A stretch of DNA of 64,000 bases, taken from positions 32,001 to 96,000 of the forward strand of contig JBEQLE010000002.1 in the NCBI GenBank assembly GCA_040326155.1, given 5' to 3'. Positions 1-11,003 of the stretch are shown one piece after another. Each line of letters opens with the position of its first letter. Position 1 is the first letter of the stretch. The notes below the pieces were generated by a model that made no database searches, had not been told where the DNA came from, and worked only from the letters and a program-made list of their open reading frames with translations. The position numbers were made by a program, and so were the translations under genes. This DNA comes from Leptospirales bacterium (GTDB lineage: Bacteria; Spirochaetota; Leptospiria; Turneriellales; JAOUFE01).

Positions 1-1
1 T

Positions 2-1141
2 GTCGATGGTAAGCGCTTCAGCAGAATTATTGACCCGGTTTATGAAGAAATTTCAAAAGAATATTCCTGCCTTAAAATATCGTTTGATAAATTTTCGGTA
101 CCGAAGCGTTATCGTAGTTATTTTTTTGCGCCCCTACGTGATAATAAGACACATTTTTCAGAACAAGAACATGTTGAAATAGAAAACTTTTTGAGGCAGA
201 TTTCTCGTATTGATAAGCGTATTAATATTGACATTCGGAAGGATATAATCAATCGTTTACAAAAAATTGCTGCGTATAAAGACCTGTCAAAAAAAATCCT
301 CCTTCAGTTTCGCCCCAGAGCAATTATATTGTCCGTTTACTATGACAATAGACACCTGGGGATGTTATGGGCAGCATACGATATGCATATTCCGACCATC
401 GATTTACAGCATGGAAAGCAAGGTAAATATCAAGCAATGTATAGCCATTGGACAAAAATACCAAAGGAAGGTTATAAGACTATACCAACCTGGTTTTGGA
501 ACTGGGGTGAGGCATCGGCAGATCATATAATGAAATGGCAGCCGCATAGATCTACTCATCGAAGTATGGTTGCCGGATTTCCCTGGATGAATAAATGGAA
601 ATCATTAAATACAAATGGTGTTCTTCAAAAAAAAATAAATCGGAAGTATATTGTCTTAATCACATTACAAGGACCTACTGCAGGCAATCCCGATATACTA
701 CCCAATTTTATTGTCAGAGCAATAGAGGAATCGAGCGATGAATATTTTTGGATTATCAGGCCGCATTATAATTCACAGGTTTCCAAACGTGTGGCTGTAG
801 ATAAACTAGTTGATGTGGATAGTAAAAAATATAGCATTAATATTGGTGAAAATGCACAACTTTATGAATTATTGTCAATATCAAACTTACATATGACAGC
901 TTTTTCATCAGTTTGTTACGAAGCCACAGGTTTTAATGTTCCTACTATTATATGGAGTAAAGAAGGGCAAGAAATATACTCTGAAGAGATTTTAAACCAT
1001 ATATTCTTTTATGCAAATAATTATAAAGCCCTGTTGCATAGCATGGAAAAAGCTTTAGCTATGGAAAAAGTTTTACAGCATGGCTATATAAACAGTAGCA
1101 GTATCCGTTTGGCGGAGTTAGTTAAAGCAGCATTAATTTAG
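2..1141 (+). CDS. Surface-carbohydrate biosynthesis protein, GT-B-like (5' partial)
   Basis: Frame is open from base 2 to the stop at 1141. LQHG, IRPH and TAFSS motifs resemble capsule/O-antigen GT-B transferases. Confidence 0.6.
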   Translation, partial: VDGKRFSRIIDPVYEEISKEYSCLKISFDKFSVPKRYRSYFFAPLRDNKTHFSEQEHVEIENFLRQISRIDKRINIDIRKDIINRLQKIAAYKDLSKKILLQFRPRAIILSVYYDNRHLGMLWAAYDMHIPTIDLQHGKQGKYQAMYSHWTKIPKEGYKTIPTWFWNWGEASADHIMKWQPHRSTHRSMVAGFPWMNKWKSLNTNGVLQKKINRKYIVLITLQGPTAGNPDILPNFIVRAIEESSDEYFWIIRPHYNSQVSKRVAVDKLVDVDSKKYSINIGENAQLYELLSISNLHMTAFSSVCYEATGFNVPTIIWSKEGQEIYSEEILNHIFFYANNYKALLHSMEKALAMEKVLQHGYINSSSIRLAELVKAALI

Positions 1142-1194
1142 ATGCGCAAGTCCAATGAAGTTATCAATAATTGTAAGAACTGAAAAATCAAGGT

Positions 1195-1851
1195 ATGAAT
1201 AGATTTATAATGAATAGAATGAAAAAAATAATAAAAAAATTATTAATTAAACCTCTAAGGCTTTTAATCAGCAGACCCTCTGAAGTAAAAACATTTAAAG
1301 AAAGAATTGCCAACGAGAAAGTACTGAAATTGGTATTAGGAGCGGGCAACGAATATCAAACAGGTTGGATTCCTACGGAACAGAGAATATTGGATGTTAC
1401 AAAGGAAGCGAGCTGGAAAACATATTTGAAGGAAAACTCCATACAGGTGATGCTGGCCGAACATGTATGGGAACACCTTACTGAAACGGAAGCGGAGAAA
1501 GCGGCGATACTGTGTTATAAGTTTTTAAAACCCGAAGGTTATATTCGAATTGCCGTGCCGGACGGCTATCATCAATCACAAGATTATATAGACGCCGTAA
1601 AACCCGGCGGGAGCGGTTCGGGTTCGCATGATCATAAGGTATTGTATAATTACGAGACCATCTGTAGCCAATTTGAAAATGCGGGATTTAAAGTAGAACT
1701 TCTCGAATATTTCGATAAACAAAATAATTTTCAGTCTACTCCCTGGGATATTGAAAAAGGATTAATTCGCCGCTCTATGCGATTTGATGAGCGAAACAGC
1801 GACGGTAAACCAAACTATACGTCTTTGATTATTGACGCGATAAAATTCTGA
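1195..1851 (+). CDS. Class I SAM-dependent methyltransferase (glycan-locus type)
   Basis: LVLGAG, AEHVWEHL and LKPEGYIRIAVPD motifs. Confidence 0.8.
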   Translation: MNRFIMNRMKKIIKKLLIKPLRLLISRPSEVKTFKERIANEKVLKLVLGAGNEYQTGWIPTEQRILDVTKEASWKTYLKENSIQVMLAEHVWEHLTETEAEKAAILCYKFLKPEGYIRIAVPDGYHQSQDYIDAVKPGGSGSGSHDHKVLYNYETICSQFENAGFKVELLEYFDKQNNFQSTPWDIEKGLIRRSMRFDERNSDGKPNYTSLIIDAIKF

Positions 1852-1936
1852 GACGATAATCCGGTGTGTGGGTAAACATCGAAGCCGGGAAAATTTACCA
1901 AAGATACGACCTTTGCTAACGAAACGAAATAGACCT

Positions 1937-2896
1937 ATGAAAAAATCTTTGACTTCACATTCAAAAGTAGCACCCGTTGTTTTATTCGTCTACAATCGAC
2001 CCGATCATGTAGAAAAAACGATAGAAGCTCTGCGTAAAAACCGACTGGCCAAGCAAAGCGATCTTTTTATTTTCAGTGATGGGGTTAAAAAACCGGAGGA
2101 TGCAGCTCAGGTAGAGCTAGTTCGAAATTATATTAAAACGATCCAGGGCTTTAAGAATATTACCATTGTAGAGCGTGAAAAAAACTATGGACTGGCAAAT
2201 TCGATCATAGATGGCGTTACAAATATCTTAAATCAATACGGGAAAATTATTGTTCTTGAAGATGATTTGATTACTTCGCCTTATTTTCTGGAATTTATGA
2301 ATTCGGCTTTATCAAAATATGAAAATGAATCTCGCGTTATGCAGGTTTCGGGGTATATGTTTCCGGTAAATGTGGCTATTGATGAAGATGCCTTTTTTCT
2401 ACCCCTGACGACATCCTGGGGGTGGGGGACATGGAAACGGGCCTGGGAACATTTTGATGCAGAAGCTAAAGGTTACGAACTACTTCGCCGCGATAAGAAA
2501 TTACGAAAGCGATTTAATCTTGACGGGGCTTATGATTACTATACTATGCTGGAAAAACATTTTGCGGGAAAAGTGGATTCCTGGGCAGTGCGCTGGTATT
2601 TAAGCGTATTCATACAAAATGGATTTACATTATATCCGGTCAAAACTCTCGTCGCCAACACTGGTTTTGACGGTAGTGGTACTCACTCTGGAACTCCAAA
2701 CTGGGAAAGAAGCCATGAAAAATCGACTTATCGAGTTGAAAAGTTACCGGAAAGTATAAATGTGATTGAAAACCTGTTTGAATTGGTTATATCGGAGATC
2801 TCTCGACCAGGCCTGTTCACGTCTGCCGGGACAATAAAATTGATATTTATTCGCCTGCGAAGGTTGATACATAAAATAATTAGGAGTAAAGCATGA
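1937..2896 (+). CDS. Glycosyltransferase family 2
   Basis: PVVLFVYNRP, FSDG, VLEDD and SWGWGTW. ATG at 1937 preferred over the GTG at 1868. Confidence 0.85.
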   Translation: MKKSLTSHSKVAPVVLFVYNRPDHVEKTIEALRKNRLAKQSDLFIFSDGVKKPEDAAQVELVRNYIKTIQGFKNITIVEREKNYGLANSIIDGVTNILNQYGKIIVLEDDLITSPYFLEFMNSALSKYENESRVMQVSGYMFPVNVAIDEDAFFLPLTTSWGWGTWKRAWEHFDAEAKGYELLRRDKKLRKRFNLDGAYDYYTMLEKHFAGKVDSWAVRWYLSVFIQNGFTLYPVKTLVANTGFDGSGTHSGTPNWERSHEKSTYRVEKLPESINVIENLFELVISEISRPGLFTSAGTIKLIFIRLRRLIHKIIRSKA

Positions 2897-3711
2897 GAGC
2901 GGTTTTGAGAAATTGGTTTAAAAGAAAGATATTCAAACTCAAAGGTCAGAAACCCTGGAGCTACGGTTATATAAATTATAAAGTACATACGATTAAATCT
3001 ATTTTAAAAAAAGATGATTTTAATTCGAATAAATTACCTGACAATTATGGTTTTAGAATAGATGAACGTGTCATTGAGTATCCATGGTTATTCAGTAAGC
3101 TTTCCGAAAAAGAAGGTAATTTGTTGGATGCGGGTTCTATATTGAACTTTAAATATATTATTGCGCGAGAGAAACTTCAAAATAAGAATATTTTTATATC
3201 AACTTTGGCTCCAGAAGGACGGGCCTTTTGGCAAAACAAAGTTTCCTATGTCTATGAAGATTTACGAAACACATGTTATCGCGATGCCTATTTTGATTGG
3301 GTCGTTAGCTTATCTACCATTGAACATATCGGGCTTGATAATACTAAACTCTACACCGATGACTCCAGCAAAGCGGAATCCAGTCCTGATGGATATTTGA
3401 AAGCAATTCAGGAATACCATCGAGTATTGAAACCTGGTGGCATTTGTTATCTCAGTGTTCCATATGGTAAAAAGTCGGTTAAAGAGTGGTATCAGGTTTT
3501 TGATGCACAGATGATTGAAGATATTATCTCGGTATTTAAACCGACATCGTACAATACGAACTACTATCAATATTTATCCAGTGGGTGGGTCGTTTCAAAC
3601 CAGGAAACTGCAAAAGAAGCGACCTATTTTGATATACACGAAAAGAAACAATACGATACTGATTACGCAGCTGCGTCCCGGGCGGTTGTCTGTCTTGAAC
3701 TGATAAAATGA
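2893..3711 (+). CDS. SAM-dependent methyltransferase
   Basis: ERVIEYPW, LLDAGS, SLSTIEHIG and LKPGG. ATGA overlap with the upstream gene. Confidence 0.8.
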   Translation: MRAVLRNWFKRKIFKLKGQKPWSYGYINYKVHTIKSILKKDDFNSNKLPDNYGFRIDERVIEYPWLFSKLSEKEGNLLDAGSILNFKYIIAREKLQNKNIFISTLAPEGRAFWQNKVSYVYEDLRNTCYRDAYFDWVVSLSTIEHIGLDNTKLYTDDSSKAESSPDGYLKAIQEYHRVLKPGGICYLSVPYGKKSVKEWYQVFDAQMIEDIISVFKPTSYNTNYYQYLSSGWVVSNQETAKEATYFDIHEKKQYDTDYAAASRAVVCLELIK

Positions 3712-4304
3712 AAAGAAAGATTATTCAATTGTACCGTAGGTATCGGAAGAAGCGGTTATGGAATCGTATGAATAGAAAAATTGTATTATCACAGAGTACT
3801 TCGGTTCATTCATCAGCCAATATTTTTAATATTAGGAAGAAGCGATCGTCCATTTCTCTGGGAAGTCACACCACTGTTTTAGGAGAATTGTTGACTTTTC
3901 GCCATGGTGGTAAAATTACGATGGGAGACTATTGTTATGTTGGTGAAAATGCAAGAATTTGGTCTGCTGAAAACATTAAAATAGGCAACTTTGTTTTAAT
4001 ATCGCATGATGTGAATATCTTTGACAGTGATACTCATCCAATTCGCGCCAAAGAGCGCAGAAAGCATTATAAGTCGATCATAACAACAGGTCATCCCGAT
4101 GAGATTGATTTAAATGAAAAGGCGATCTGTATTCAAGACGATGCCTGGATAGGTGCAAAATCTATCATCCTAAAAGGTGTCACCATCGGAGAAGGTGCTA
4201 TTGTAGGAGCGGGTAGTGTAGTAACAAAAGATGTGCCAGCCTGGACGATTGTTGCCGGTAACCCCGCTAAAGTTATTCGAAAACTAAAAAAAAATGAAAG
4301 ATAA
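3708..4304 (+). CDS. Hexapeptide-repeat (LbH) O-acyltransferase
   Basis: IQDDAWIGAKSIILKGVTIGEGAIVGAGSVV...VAGNPAK. Confidence 0.9.
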   Translation: MKRKIIQLYRRYRKKRLWNRMNRKIVLSQSTSVHSSANIFNIRKKRSSISLGSHTTVLGELLTFRHGGKITMGDYCYVGENARIWSAENIKIGNFVLISHDVNIFDSDTHPIRAKERRKHYKSIITTGHPDEIDLNEKAICIQDDAWIGAKSIILKGVTIGEGAIVGAGSVVTKDVPAWTIVAGNPAKVIRKLKKNER

Positions 4305-5106
4305 AAAACTTACCTGGGAAGAGTCTGTGCTGTGGTTACGTAATCAGCCGGATAAGAGTGATCTGGTAAAATACTGCTTTTACGATGATCCGCTGATTGA
4401 CGCCGCAAAGAGATATTATAACAGTTCCGAATGGGACGCTGTTCGAAATTTATTGCCAAAAACCTTAGGCAAAGCTCTCGACCTCGGAGCAGGCCGCGGT
4501 ATTTCTTCTTATTCACTGGCAAAAGACGGCTGGGAAGTAACCGCTTTAGAACCTGATTCCAGCGAGGTTGTCGGGGCCGGAGCCATTAGATCGCTGGCAC
4601 GTCTTGAAAATCTGAATATTACCATATCGGAAGAAAAAGGAGAAATTCTGCCTTTTGAAGAAAACAGTTTTGACCTGGTTTACGGAAGAGCTGTTATGCA
4701 CCACGCAGATGACCTGCAACGTTTTTGTGAACAGATAAGCAGGGTATTAAAACCGGGCGGCGTTATGTTTATTTCGAGGGAACATGTAATCGATAAAAAA
4801 GAGGACCTTCAAAAATTTCTAGACTCACACCCACTACACCACCTCTATGGCGGGGAGAACGCCTATTTGGTGGACGAGTATTTAAGCGCAATGAAAAACG
4901 CCGGACTTAAAGTTACAAAAGTGTTAAATCCTTATCAATCAAACGTAAACCTTTTTCCTTCTAATACCCGCGGAATTAAAAGGAGAGTCGCTAGAAAGTA
5001 TAAATTGCGTTTTCTGTCCCCGTTCATACCAAAGCTGCTTATAAAGTTTCTGGGTGATCGCTTAAAAACTCCCGGGCGACTCTATACATTTTCAGGCGTA
5101 AAATAA
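4294..5106 (+). CDS. Class I SAM-dependent methyltransferase
   Basis: ALDLGAGRG, LPFEENSFDLV and VLKPGG. Confidence 0.85.
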   Translation: MKDKKLTWEESVLWLRNQPDKSDLVKYCFYDDPLIDAAKRYYNSSEWDAVRNLLPKTLGKALDLGAGRGISSYSLAKDGWEVTALEPDSSEVVGAGAIRSLARLENLNITISEEKGEILPFEENSFDLVYGRAVMHHADDLQRFCEQISRVLKPGGVMFISREHVIDKKEDLQKFLDSHPLHHLYGGENAYLVDEYLSAMKNAGLKVTKVLNPYQSNVNLFPSNTRGIKRRVARKYKLRFLSPFIPKLLIKFLGDRLKTPGRLYTFSGVK

Positions 5107-5108
5107 TC

Positions 5109-6032
5109 ATGATGGGAAAAAGAGCTTTAATAACGGGAGCAGCCGGTTTCATCGGAAAAAACTTAACAAAGTTATTATTGGCAAAAGATTACAATGTAAC
5201 GGCAATGGGTTCGGGAAAATCCCAAGAGGATGAATTAAAAAAAATCGGAGTAAATGCCCACATTGCGGGGCCCGTCACACAAACGGCCCTGATGCAACTA
5301 AAGGACAAACCTGAATACATTTTCCATTGCGCGGGCAGCGGTTCAGTCGGCTTTTCCATTGAAAATCCGTATGTCGATTTTCAAAGTAACGTTTCTTCTT
5401 TAGCGCAATTATTGGAATATGTACGCACTCATTGTCCCGAGTCAAAAGTTGTCTATCTTTCCAGCGGAGCCGTGTATGGTTCAAGCCCGAAAATACCTAT
5501 GATGGAAAGCGATACTCCATCGCCGGTTTCTCCTTATGGATATCATAAGTTCATTGGTGAAACATTATGCAAGTCTTATTCTCAACAATATGGAATTCAA
5601 ACTCTATCTTTGAGGCTCTTTTCAATTTATGGCGAAGGATTAAAAAAACAGCTATTATGGGACGCATGCAATAAAATATCAAACGGAAAATTTGACTTCT
5701 TTGGAACAGGGAATGAAATTCGAGATTGGCTGCATGTCGATGATGCTATAAATCTTATTGAGCTGGCTGCGGAGAATGCAAACGATACTTCTCCGGTTGT
5801 GAACGCAGGCACGGGGTTCAAAATAACCATCCGCGAAGTTATTGAAACAATAATAAAGAATTTTAATAAAGATGATAAACCCTCATTTCTAGGGAAATCC
5901 CGTGCAGGAGATCCTCACCACTTTTTAGCCGATATAAAAATAGCACAAAATTTTCAATGGTACCCACAAATCGATGTTGTTCAAGGTATAGCCCGTTATG
6001 TGAACTGGTTTTGCAGCTCTCAAATAAAGTAA
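5109..6032 (+). CDS. NAD-dependent epimerase/dehydratase (SDR)
   Basis: ITGAAGFIG, SSGAVYG and YGYHK (YxxxK). Confidence 0.9.
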   Translation: MMGKRALITGAAGFIGKNLTKLLLAKDYNVTAMGSGKSQEDELKKIGVNAHIAGPVTQTALMQLKDKPEYIFHCAGSGSVGFSIENPYVDFQSNVSSLAQLLEYVRTHCPESKVVYLSSGAVYGSSPKIPMMESDTPSPVSPYGYHKFIGETLCKSYSQQYGIQTLSLRLFSIYGEGLKKQLLWDACNKISNGKFDFFGTGNEIRDWLHVDDAINLIELAAENANDTSPVVNAGTGFKITIREVIETIIKNFNKDDKPSFLGKSRAGDPHHFLADIKIAQNFQWYPQIDVVQGIARYVNWFCSSQIK

Positions 6033-6033
6033 C

Positions 6034-7215
6034 ATGGAATATATTAGAATAGGCTTTGTAAATGTTCCCGACCAGAGTTGGATGGGCGGCGTTAATTACT
6101 TAAAAAACATATTGTATGCCATTGAATTAAATGAGCATAGTTGTTTAAAACCTTATGTTTTTTTAGACAAAAAGTTCTCCGCCGATATCCGAAAAGAATA
6201 TGGAGAGCGTGCAAAAGTCGTAGAAAGTTTTCTGTTAAATAAAACGGGTCTATTTGCATACGCGAGTCGAAACATACGGCGTGTATTTAAAAATTTTTTT
6301 CCTTTTAACACCGTTCTGGGTAAATCAAATATAAAGGTATTATCGCACTTTTCAAATGAATTTGGTCGAGGTACGATTAAACAAGTCGGATGGATTCCAG
6401 ATTTTCAGCATGTGCATTTACCGCAAATGTTTTCGGAAAAAGTTAAAAAAAGAAGAGATCAAAATTTTCTGGAAAAAATCTCAAATTCCAGCCTGGTGAT
6501 ACTCAGCAGTAGACAGGCTTATGAAGATTTCAAACAATTTGCCCCCGACTTTGCGAATAAAGGCAGAATATTAAATTTTGTTTCGCAACCCGATTCAAGT
6601 TTGTATAATTTACCCGCAGATTATACCCGACAGGTGATGGAAAAATATTCCATTCAAAAAAAATTCTTTTTCCTTCCCAACCAGTTCTGGAAGCATAAGA
6701 ACCACTTAAGTGTGTTTAAGGCACTGGAAATATTGAAAAATAAAGGCGTCAAAATCAAATTGGTGTGTAGTGGAAAAATGGACGGACCGACCGTTACTGA
6801 ACATTCAAAAGAGTTAATCGAATATATTGACAAAGCAGGGTTGGACTCCCAGGTTACTTTTCTAGGTTTAATTGATTATAAAGAACTCATGGTTTTAGCT
6901 CGAAATTGCATTTCTGTCATTAACCCGTCGTTGTTTGAAGGGTGGAGCTCGACGGTAGAAGAATGCAAAAGTATGGGGAAAAATATGTTATTATCAAATA
7001 TACCCGTTCACCTGGAACAATCTCCCCCCGGATCAATATATGTTGACCCGGAAGATCCGGAGGATATAGCACGAGCACTGCACAAAAACTGGGAAGATTT
7101 AATCCCCGGGCCGGATTATGAACTGGAGAAAAAAGCCAAACTGACGCTGAAAAGTCGAACTCTGGAGTTTGCAATGCAATATGAAAATATTGTAAATGAA
7201 GTGTTATCGCAATGA
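6034..7215 (+). CDS. Glycosyltransferase family 4
   Basis: WIPDFQH, PNQFWKHKNH and PSLFEGWSSTVEE (ExxxxxxxE). Confidence 0.9.
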   Translation: MEYIRIGFVNVPDQSWMGGVNYLKNILYAIELNEHSCLKPYVFLDKKFSADIRKEYGERAKVVESFLLNKTGLFAYASRNIRRVFKNFFPFNTVLGKSNIKVLSHFSNEFGRGTIKQVGWIPDFQHVHLPQMFSEKVKKRRDQNFLEKISNSSLVILSSRQAYEDFKQFAPDFANKGRILNFVSQPDSSLYNLPADYTRQVMEKYSIQKKFFFLPNQFWKHKNHLSVFKALEILKNKGVKIKLVCSGKMDGPTVTEHSKELIEYIDKAGLDSQVTFLGLIDYKELMVLARNCISVINPSLFEGWSSTVEECKSMGKNMLLSNIPVHLEQSPPGSIYVDPEDPEDIARALHKNWEDLIPGPDYELEKKAKLTLKSRTLEFAMQYENIVNEVLSQ

Positions 7216-7276
7216 CGGATGATACTCTTCGAACCCGGACATTCGATTTTATTTAAACAGAAGGATCATACATCTT

Positions 7277-8056
7277 ATGAAAAACATAAAATTTTCCATT
7301 ATAACGGTTTGCTTTAACAGTGAAGCAACCATCGAACGAACCTTAATCAGTGTTCAAAAGCAAAATTATTCCAATGTTGAGCATGTCATTATTGATGGCG
7401 GTTCAAAAGACAGCACTCTGGCGATAATAAAAAAGCATAGAAAATCAATTGCTTATTTTGTCAGCGAACCGGATAAAGGTATTTATGACGCCATGAATAA
7501 GGGCGTCGCTGCAGCTAAAGGCGATGTGCTGTTATTTTTAAATTCAGATGATTCTCTAGTAGATAATGATGTTTTAACAGATGTAGCCAATCAATATGAA
7601 GAGGACAGCGCCACGGATGTCGTCTATGGAGATGTAATATACACGTCACCAAGATATGAAAAATATCGCAAGCAGTCCAATAAATCCGCGACTCGCTGGG
7701 GTTTAGCCAAAAAAATTGTCCAGCACCAGACGTTGTTTGTGAAAAAACAGACATTTCTAGATTCGGGCGGATATGATCTTAAATACAGGATCATTGCTGA
7801 TTATGATTGGGAATTAAAATTATTCATTCTTATGAGATGCAAATATCAATATATTCCAACACCTATTGCCTACGTACAAAGAGGCGGGGAGAGCTCAAAA
7901 TTTTCAACAACGGTAGATCGCTTGGATGTTATGCAAAAAGTATTTAGCCCGTTGGAAATAATTATTTTTTATCGTATGCGGAAATTCTTCAGGAAAAAGA
8001 TACTGACACCCAGTGTAAGAGTATTGGTTCTAGTAAGAAATCTTTTCCGGCTTTAA
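7277..8056 (+). CDS. Glycosyltransferase family 2 (WcaE-like)
   Basis: SIITVCFN, IDGGSKD, EPDKGIYDAMNKG and FLNSDD. Confidence 0.9.
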   Translation: MKNIKFSIITVCFNSEATIERTLISVQKQNYSNVEHVIIDGGSKDSTLAIIKKHRKSIAYFVSEPDKGIYDAMNKGVAAAKGDVLLFLNSDDSLVDNDVLTDVANQYEEDSATDVVYGDVIYTSPRYEKYRKQSNKSATRWGLAKKIVQHQTLFVKKQTFLDSGGYDLKYRIIADYDWELKLFILMRCKYQYIPTPIAYVQRGGESSKFSTTVDRLDVMQKVFSPLEIIIFYRMRKFFRKKILTPSVRVLVLVRNLFRL

Positions 8057-8097
8057 TATTTTGATTTTAGTATGTCTGATTTATAGTTACGGTTATT

Positions 8098-8790
8098 ATG
8101 AAAATTTATCGAAAAGCAAGAAGTGTAATTAAAAGGTCGCTGGGATTAACATACCCGCCCGGGCTGGCTCATGAAAAGGTAGTCTCTGATGAATATAAAT
8201 TCATTTGGTTTCCCATACCTAAAGTGGCATCTTCAAGTTTAAGATTGCTTTATTATAACCACCCAGACATACATGATATTCAAGTATTAAACGTACCAAA
8301 CTCGAAAGTGAATCGGTTATATGGAGAATTTTACAAGTTTGCCTTTGTAAGAAATCCATGGGCCAGAGTGGTCAGTTGTTATAAAAATAAGATTTGCCAC
8401 CCGAATTATGATATGGTTAAACTATACTTTCGGTTTAAAGGTTTATATCATAATATGCCTTTTAAAGAGTTTGTCCATTTTTTGTTGGAAGGACCGGGTT
8501 CCGATCGAAAGGGTAATACCCATTGGATATCGCAACATAAATTTTTATATCATAAAGAAAATTGCCTGGTTGATTTTATAGGAAAATTTGAAAACTTAAA
8601 TGAGGATTATCTGAAAGTAATGAAACAGATTGGATTAAACGCTGCGGACCTTCCCTATGTCGACCCCGCCGGTAAAAGTAAAATAAAACATGATCCGTAT
8701 AGTTACCGGAAACACTATACCGATGAGACGAGAGATATTGTGGCAATGCGCTACGCCAAAGATATTGATTTGTTTTCTTACACCTTCTAG
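8098..8790 (+). CDS. Carbohydrate sulfotransferase (Sulfotransfer_2 type)
   Basis: 5'-PSB motif IPKVASSS, 3'-PB motif FVRNPWARVVS, plus HWISQ and GKFENL. Confidence 0.85.
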   Translation: MKIYRKARSVIKRSLGLTYPPGLAHEKVVSDEYKFIWFPIPKVASSSLRLLYYNHPDIHDIQVLNVPNSKVNRLYGEFYKFAFVRNPWARVVSCYKNKICHPNYDMVKLYFRFKGLYHNMPFKEFVHFLLEGPGSDRKGNTHWISQHKFLYHKENCLVDFIGKFENLNEDYLKVMKQIGLNAADLPYVDPAGKSKIKHDPYSYRKHYTDETRDIVAMRYAKDIDLFSYTF

Positions 8791-8821
8791 AGTACGTAAT
8801 TATTTTTATTGGAATACATCA

Positions 8822-9787
8822 ATGGTTCACAAGGCAGAAAATAAAATGGTATCAGTGATTATACCAACTTTTAATGATAGTTCGGATCGACTGTCCAGGT
8901 CAATATTCAGTGTTATCAACCAGACATATCGTAAAATAGAAATATTTATTATTGATGATGGTAGCAAACTGCCTTTTGCCGGTTTAAATAAAACAATAAA
9001 AGATAAAAGAATATCATGGCTGCCCTTGAAAAAAAACTCCGGAGTAGCCAAGGCAAGAAATCATGCGTTGACAAAAGCAAAAGGTAAGTACGTTGCTTTT
9101 TTAGATACGGGGGACTGGTGGGAAAAGGATAAGCTGTCGGAACAACTTAAAGTTTTTGCAAGTACGCAATTTAAAGATTGTATTCTTACGTACTCCGATG
9201 CACAAACTCACTTTCCAGATGGTTCTATTGGGAAGATGGTCGCGAAGAATAAAGGCCGCTTGTACCCGCAAGCACTCGTAAATGTTCCTGTTTCGGGCTC
9301 CTGCTCTTCAGCTTTGCTTTTAACGGAAGTGCTTCTAGGAGTCGGCGGTTTTTATGAATCGGAGGATATTCCGGAAGATAAAGAACTTTGGGTGCAGCTA
9401 TCGAAAGTCGGTTCTTTTGATTACATATCGAATTTATTAGTTCATATAGAAGTGCATTTGCCCTCTTCACGAAGTTTTTCTGCAGAAAAAAAGAAGAAAC
9501 CATACCTCAAATTTATCGAGTTACATGAAACTGAATTAAAAAGTTATCGATTATACAAAAAAGCTATTGCCAATTATCATGAGCAAATAGGCATGAAATA
9601 TTACCTTTCAGGTGATAATAAACAATCTATTGTAAATTGGTTAAAACGTATTTGTTACAATCCATCATTTACTTCCTTTTTGGATTTAATTATTTTGATA
9701 TGGTCGGCTCTTACCAAAAAGGAATATAGAGTCATTAGAAGCAAAGTATATAAAACAATCAATAAAATCCGTGGAAAGAAAATATAA
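8822..9787 (+). CDS. Glycosyltransferase family 2
   Basis: VSVIIPTFN, IIDDGS, ARNHA and FLDTGD. Start moved past the sulfotransferase stop. Confidence 0.85.
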   Translation: MVHKAENKMVSVIIPTFNDSSDRLSRSIFSVINQTYRKIEIFIIDDGSKLPFAGLNKTIKDKRISWLPLKKNSGVAKARNHALTKAKGKYVAFLDTGDWWEKDKLSEQLKVFASTQFKDCILTYSDAQTHFPDGSIGKMVAKNKGRLYPQALVNVPVSGSCSSALLLTEVLLGVGGFYESEDIPEDKELWVQLSKVGSFDYISNLLVHIEVHLPSSRSFSAEKKKKPYLKFIELHETELKSYRLYKKAIANYHEQIGMKYYLSGDNKQSIVNWLKRICYNPSFTSFLDLIILIWSALTKKEYRVIRSKVYKTINKIRGKKI

Positions 9788-9788
9788 A

Positions 9789-10916
9789 ATGAAGGTGTTA
9801 TATATTTTTAGAAAATGTCCGGTCAGTATAGGCCAAGGAGGTGTGATTATGCCGCCATATTTTTTGTCTAATAGAAACGGCTATCAAGTTGTTACAATAG
9901 CGCCCGAATGCGATAATAATAATGAAGTAACATTTCAATTTCCCGATAACGTATGTACTTATCATTACAACAAGGATATAAATCATTTTAGAAAAGTGCA
10001 ATTTATAATGAATATTCTCAAGCGGGAAAAGCCGGATATTGTTCATGTCTTTATCGCAAAATCATATTATTGGTTACCGGTATTCATATCCTTGTTTAAA
10101 TTTGGAAAAAAGGAAGAGGCATGGTTACTTGATATACAATCACCCGCGATAAGCCAGAAAAAAAAAGCTAAATGGAGATCATTGATAAAACCGATTAAAC
10201 AAATTGGTTACGATGCAGTGTGTACTCTTAACAGGGCTTCTGCCTTGTCCCATTTAGGACATATTTTTAAACCAGTTTTTATAGTTAGACTCGGTTATTC
10301 TCCAGAAATAAGCTGCAAGAAACTCAGTAAAAAAAATACCGAGGTCAAACCGGTAAAATTTCTATATATGGGTGCCATATCAAAAGCCAGGAAATTAGAA
10401 GGTTTGTTAGAATCAATATTGATTCTAAAGGAAAAATATCATATTACAAATGTAATTCAGTTTGACTTTTATGGAAATGGAGATTATGTTAATGAATTAG
10501 TTGACTTTGTAAAACAGAAAAAACTGATTAACATTGTTAAATATAAAGGCGTGCTATCATATGAAAATATAATTGTCAAGATGAAAGATTATGACGTCGG
10601 CTTTTCTTATCTGCCTATTAACACTTTTTATAACAAATCACCAGTTTCAAAAACTATCGAGTACATTGCTGCTGGTTTATATGTTATCGCCAGTAACACC
10701 TGGGCAAACCGAGAGATCATCGTTCATGGAAAAAATGGTTTACTTACTGACAATGATCCTGAGCAATTAGCGCAGGTAATTAACGATTTAATTACGAAGG
10801 GGATTAGTTCGAAATACATTCTCAATTCCGGTGATTTATTAAAAGAATACTCTTGGGAACATATTGTTCAATCCCAGTATATTCCCATGTACAAAAGTAT
10901 TCTTGAACATACATGA
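9789..10916 (+). CDS. Glycosyltransferase family 4
   Basis: KPDIVH, YMGAISKARKL and PVSKTIEYIAAG. Confidence 0.85.
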   Translation: MKVLYIFRKCPVSIGQGGVIMPPYFLSNRNGYQVVTIAPECDNNNEVTFQFPDNVCTYHYNKDINHFRKVQFIMNILKREKPDIVHVFIAKSYYWLPVFISLFKFGKKEEAWLLDIQSPAISQKKKAKWRSLIKPIKQIGYDAVCTLNRASALSHLGHIFKPVFIVRLGYSPEISCKKLSKKNTEVKPVKFLYMGAISKARKLEGLLESILILKEKYHITNVIQFDFYGNGDYVNELVDFVKQKKLINIVKYKGVLSYENIIVKMKDYDVGFSYLPINTFYNKSPVSKTIEYIAAGLYVIASNTWANREIIVHGKNGLLTDNDPEQLAQVINDLITKGISSKYILNSGDLLKEYSWEHIVQSQYIPMYKSILEHT

Positions 10917-11003
10917 ATTTTATATGAGATAAATTCGCAATCAGGTTTATTAAAAGAAATCAGCACAGCTTTACTTGCACCGATATTAAGGAAATATATT
11001 GCC